A DNA stretch of 64,000 bases from Novakomyces olei (lineage: Eukaryota): the NCBI GenBank assembly GCA_016906335.1, contig JADEYG010000001.1, forward strand, positions 806,001-870,000. Reading direction: 5' to 3'. Below, piece after piece: positions 60,501 through 64,000 of the stretch; the stretch's first letter is position 1; every line of letters starts with the position of its first letter. The notes beneath the pieces were generated by a model. It saw nothing but the letters and a program-made list of their open reading frames with translations. It had not been told where the DNA came from and made no database searches. The position numbers and the translations under genes are program-made.

Positions 60501-62058
60501 GGTCCCAGAAACCCTTGTCATACACAAAGGGCTCAAACCGTAAAAAATAAAATAAAAAATACAAATCTCCAAGCTCGCGTCTGACTGGAGTGCCACTCAT
60601 GGCCCAAGCATTGACGCGCGGAATCTGGCACGCAACTCGTGTAACACTGGAGAACGAGCCCTCAACCATCTGCGCTTCGTCTATACATACACGCCACCAT
60701 TCTAGCTGTGTCAATAGTGAAGTTGGCCGTTGCCTCCTTTGGCTGCTGGGCTGTCCAAGAGTTGTATTGCCGCCCACATCCTTCGACCTCAAGTTCCGAT
60801 CAGGCGGGGCCGCAGCAAAATGCACTTCTGAACGCATAACGCTGTACGTAGTCAGAACTATATCGCACTCTGCAAACTCGGAGAAAGATTCCAGACTATG
60901 CTTTGTAGCCCCGCGATAGACCATGACCGAAAGGGAGGGAGCATGCTGTTCTAATTCGACCATCCACTGACTCAAAATTGGTAAAGGACAGACAATAAGA
61001 GTCGCGCTGCTCTTTACAAGGTCCCTACCAGGAAAAAGCGGGTCTGTCGAGAACTCTCTAGTGTTTTCAGTCAAGGCCCCTGGCGCCTCCTTATGCCCAT
61101 GTGACTCGGTACGCCGTGGATTGGACAGGACAAGCGCAATCATTTCAACTGTCTTACCCAGCCCCATTTCGTCAGCCAAAATTCCTCCTCTTGGGTACCG
61201 TTTCAAGAGTGCCGTTGGCTCTGTAGAAGACAATCTTTCAGTTGGAGGCTCTACCATTGCTCCCACAGAGCTGCTGGCCAACACTCGACGGCCTTGGATC
61301 GTGTAGTAGTGCCACCAGGGCGGCAAACCCGGTATTTGGACATGCTCTCTTGCCTGCATCCAAGCAACAGCGCGCTTCTGGAAGGGCAGCAGTACTGAAT
61401 GCAGCCGCTCCGGCCGAATATCTGGCACTCGTCCGGAAGAAGGCCGGTAAGCATTATCGTAAAACAGGGCAGAGCTCAAAGGCCCAAATTCCTCACTGGC
61501 ATCTTTCAGATGGGGTAGAAAAGCGGGCATTGCGTCGGGATACTCGCGCAGACGTGCATACGGATAGATGCAGGTATCAGGTAGCTGATCAGCAATTTGC
61601 ATCACCCGATGCTGGACCGCTATCGCTAGACGGTTAGGATACTGTAATGTGCTTTGCAGCCAAATTTGAGGAGCCAGTTGCCGCGAATTTCGTGGGCGAG
61701 GCTGCCTGCAGCCGGGAAGGATGGAAGCCAAGTTGTAAATTTGAGCAAAACTAGTCGCGTCCACAGCGAGATCGCATAGGCATTCGCTGGTTAGTAAAGA
61801 ATAAACGCGTACTAAATTATCATCTTCTTCCGGCACGAGTTCCAGCTCCACCGCCAAATTGTTTGGGAACGCGGTGCTACCGACTTCAGACGCGTCCGTC
61901 TCGATACAAAGCTGGTGCAAAGTGATCGCGGTGGCGGCAGAATCAGTTCGCTGGCGTTTGAGCGGCGGCCGCTCAACCTCGTCATGCTCGTCGTCTTTTA
62001 CTGGAGAATACGTCCTCAGAACGACGGCCTCTATTCTGTGTATGCAGTCGGGCGGCAT
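57527..62058 (-). CDS. SNF2-family helicase with RING E3 ligase domain (Irc20/SHPRH-like), 2 exons (62058-58034, 57845-57527)
   Basis: GGILADEMGLGKT, WWRVCIDEAQ, SGTP, LRQICCHP, C3HC4 RING CIIC...CGHVYC..C...CPSC, and GLTLVNA...QAVSRVHRIGQ after the intron. Confidence 0.92.
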
Positions 62059-62520
62059 AGCGCACGGCGCAGTGTAGTCAAAAGCCAACAATCTTCATCG
62101 ATAGCCGCTCTACAGTCGTAAAGCTTTCGGCAATGGCAATCAAAGTGCGACACCGTATTTTTGATTAGTCGGCCATTACGTTTATAATTATAATTATTAT
62201 TTTTAATTATTATTTTTACTTCCCATTTTTACTTCTTAACTACAATCTCACGAGTCCGGTATCTGATTCAAGTAATCTAACTATCCATTCCTTATAGTAA
62301 GGACGAGGCTCTCTATCGACGAAACAGAGTGTGGGATCACAGTCTCAAGAGCGGTATCGCAAAGTAATAGGATTAATCTGTGTGGAACTACGGAAAATGG
62401 GCCGTTATAGACCACGGGCAGACGAGCAAATGCATCGGCTGTTCCCTTTGAACTACATATTCCATACGAACCCCTTTGAATTAGTGGATTAAGTGGCTTC
62501 AAGGCACTATAGCTCGAACA

Positions 62521-62672
62521 TTCAAACATTCAAACATTCAAACATTCAAACATTCAAACATTCAAACATTCAAACATTCAAACATTCAAACATTCAAACA
62601 TTCAAACATTCAATTATTCAATTATTCAATTATTCAATTATTCAATTATTCAATTATTCAATTATTCAATTA
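62521..62672 (+). repeat. Compound 8-bp tandem array (TTCAAACA)11-(TTCAATTA)8
   Basis: Read directly. Confidence 0.95.
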
Positions 62673-62872
62673 TTTGAATAATTAAAATATTTTGTTAATC
62701 ATTATATCACACTAAATTATTAATATATCACTAGATTGTTAAATATACCAGTATTATATTGTTGTGGCGATACGTATATTATTCTGATCTCAGATTATAT
62801 AGGTATTTTGACATTTCCTCGGTTCTTGACCCTGCTGATAATCACACCGGCTATGCTCGCTGCTTGGCAACA

Positions 62873-64000
62873 ATGAGCCGGACAACGCTAGAGCCGTCTC
62901 CTGTGCGGCAAAATGGGCCTCGAAAGCGCCATTTACGGCGGCACTCTTCCTGTCTGGTCCCCGAAACTGCAATGGTACAGGATGCAGAGGACGAGGAGTT
63001 TATGCTGTTCAAAGTAAGGTGAAACGCGCTCTAAAGGCGGCGCTGGTGGATGCAAGAAATGATAAAAAAGACAAAAGAATTGAGGGTTGGGAGACGAAGC
63101 TCTCACTCGCACTCCCAATCTGCTTGTTAAACTGCTCCAGGCCAAGACTAACTGGTAGTTTGATCGATTTCTGACGCGACTGGCTCGACGGCTGGATACA
63201 CTTGAGGCGGCAGGTTTAGCCTCACTGGACGAGGCTAAACGGTCGAGCTATGAGGTTCTGAAAAGTGTGCGTGGCTGTGCGTCTGCTCTTTCGCATGATA
63301 GCGTGGCAGCGCTAACCCGGTCGAGGGTAGTCTCTGTGCTTTCCGCTCTTGAAGATGCAGCTACGGCTCATCGTGGACCCTTGGTCGCCCGAGCTCATGC
63401 GGCTATGGAGTACCTCGAGGCCCGTTTGGTGGAGATGGAGGCTACGGTTGTGGACACTAAAGACAGTTTGAACGACGCTACCAGGTTTATGGCTGCTGCA
63501 ATACGTAATGGTGCCATGCGGTTGCTCACTGTAGACGAAATCCCACACGAGTGGAAGAATAATCATTATATTCTCACAGGGTACCGTTTCTACGAGAGCA
63601 AAGCTGCCTGCGTCGTCAGTATATGGCAGGTTCACAACGAAACCGGGAATATCTGGACACATTTGGCAGGACTCGTTCTCCTGTTTGCTTTAGCCTTTTA
63701 TTATTACCCGCGAAGTGCGGCTTTTGATCTTGCCCAGGTGGGGGACAAAGCAGTCGCCGGCGTTTTTCTAGCAGCAGCAGCCAAGTGTTTGGCTTGCTCT
63801 GCCATCTGGCACACGTTTTGTAACCTGGCAAATCTGCGGCAAATGAAAACGGCAGCGTGTATGGATTACGTGGGAATTTCCGTGCTTATAGCTGCCTCTA
63901 TTATAACCATCGAGTATCATTCATTTTATTGTCAGCCCTGGCAGCGGGCGTTTTACATGTCTTTTACGGGATCGCTCGGCCTTATCGGCATTCTCATTCC
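62873..64000 (+). CDS. PAQR/hemolysin-III family membrane protein (Izh3-like); runs off the window; exons 62873-63013, 63159->64000
   Basis: After the intron GTAAGG...ACTAAC...TAG the frame reads LLTVDEIPHEWKNNHYILTGYRF...HNETGNIWTHL...CSAIWHTF...ACMDYVGISVLI, the PAQR motifs. Confidence 0.9.

Noticed and set aside
62262-62330. CTGA...GACGAAAC resembling a hammerhead ribozyme core
   Set aside because: The CUGANGA core is not matched (CTGATTC) and the required stems are absent.
62493-62681. ORF with HSNIQTFK repeats
   Set aside because: Artefact of the octamer array; it has a non-ATG start and lies in a promoter region.
1-64000. Numerous 60-220 aa antisense or alternate-frame ORFs in the track, and apparent frameshifts between adjacent ORFs (int6, MSM1, POL31, MTG1)
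   Set aside because: They overlap well-supported genes without recognisable motifs, and the frame breaks are explained by canonical introns rather than pseudogenisation.

Overview
This is gene-dense eukaryotic DNA from a fungus, most consistent with an early-diverging ascomycete (Taphrinomycotina-like). That placement is an inference from the S. pombe-type gene set (gap1, ace2, int6, dpm3, cwf18) and from many short 37-65 nt introns with CTAAY/CTGAY branch points. The standard genetic code fits. About 25 protein genes can be reconstructed, most of them spliced, and several are missing or mis-framed in the ORF track. In order they are: a small conserved protein, RasGAP gap1, DPM3, MTG1, a LETM1-like protein, prefoldin 3, AUR1, a PDSTDFxxGTLDED-motif protein, an Ace2/Swi5 zinc finger, a 74-aa Cys-rich membrane miniprotein, a GH47-fold protein, mS37, CCT6, Swi1/Sol1 (ARID), mL49, eIF3e, a DUF3431 protein, an OSBP protein, an AT-hook protein with a mitochondrial-type presequence, an R3H-SUZ protein, Cwf18, Ecm29, mitochondrial MetRS, the Pol delta small subunit, an Irc20/SHPRH-like SNF2-RING protein and a truncated IZH/PAQR gene. 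I recognised no rRNA, tRNA, CRISPR array or intact transposon. The most interesting observations are (1) a hidden 3-exon miniprotein that resembles, from memory, a small uncharacterised land-plant family; (2) a GH47 protein that has lost most catalytic and Ca2+-binding motifs and carries a ~250-aa insert; (3) a recurrent intergenic motif, GATTCAAGTAATC/TTCAAGTAAT; (4) a putative mitochondrial AT-hook protein with a C-terminal hydrophobic anchor; and (5) an AACCCTAACCCT box upstream of POL31. All exon coordinates were derived by hand and no database searches were run.
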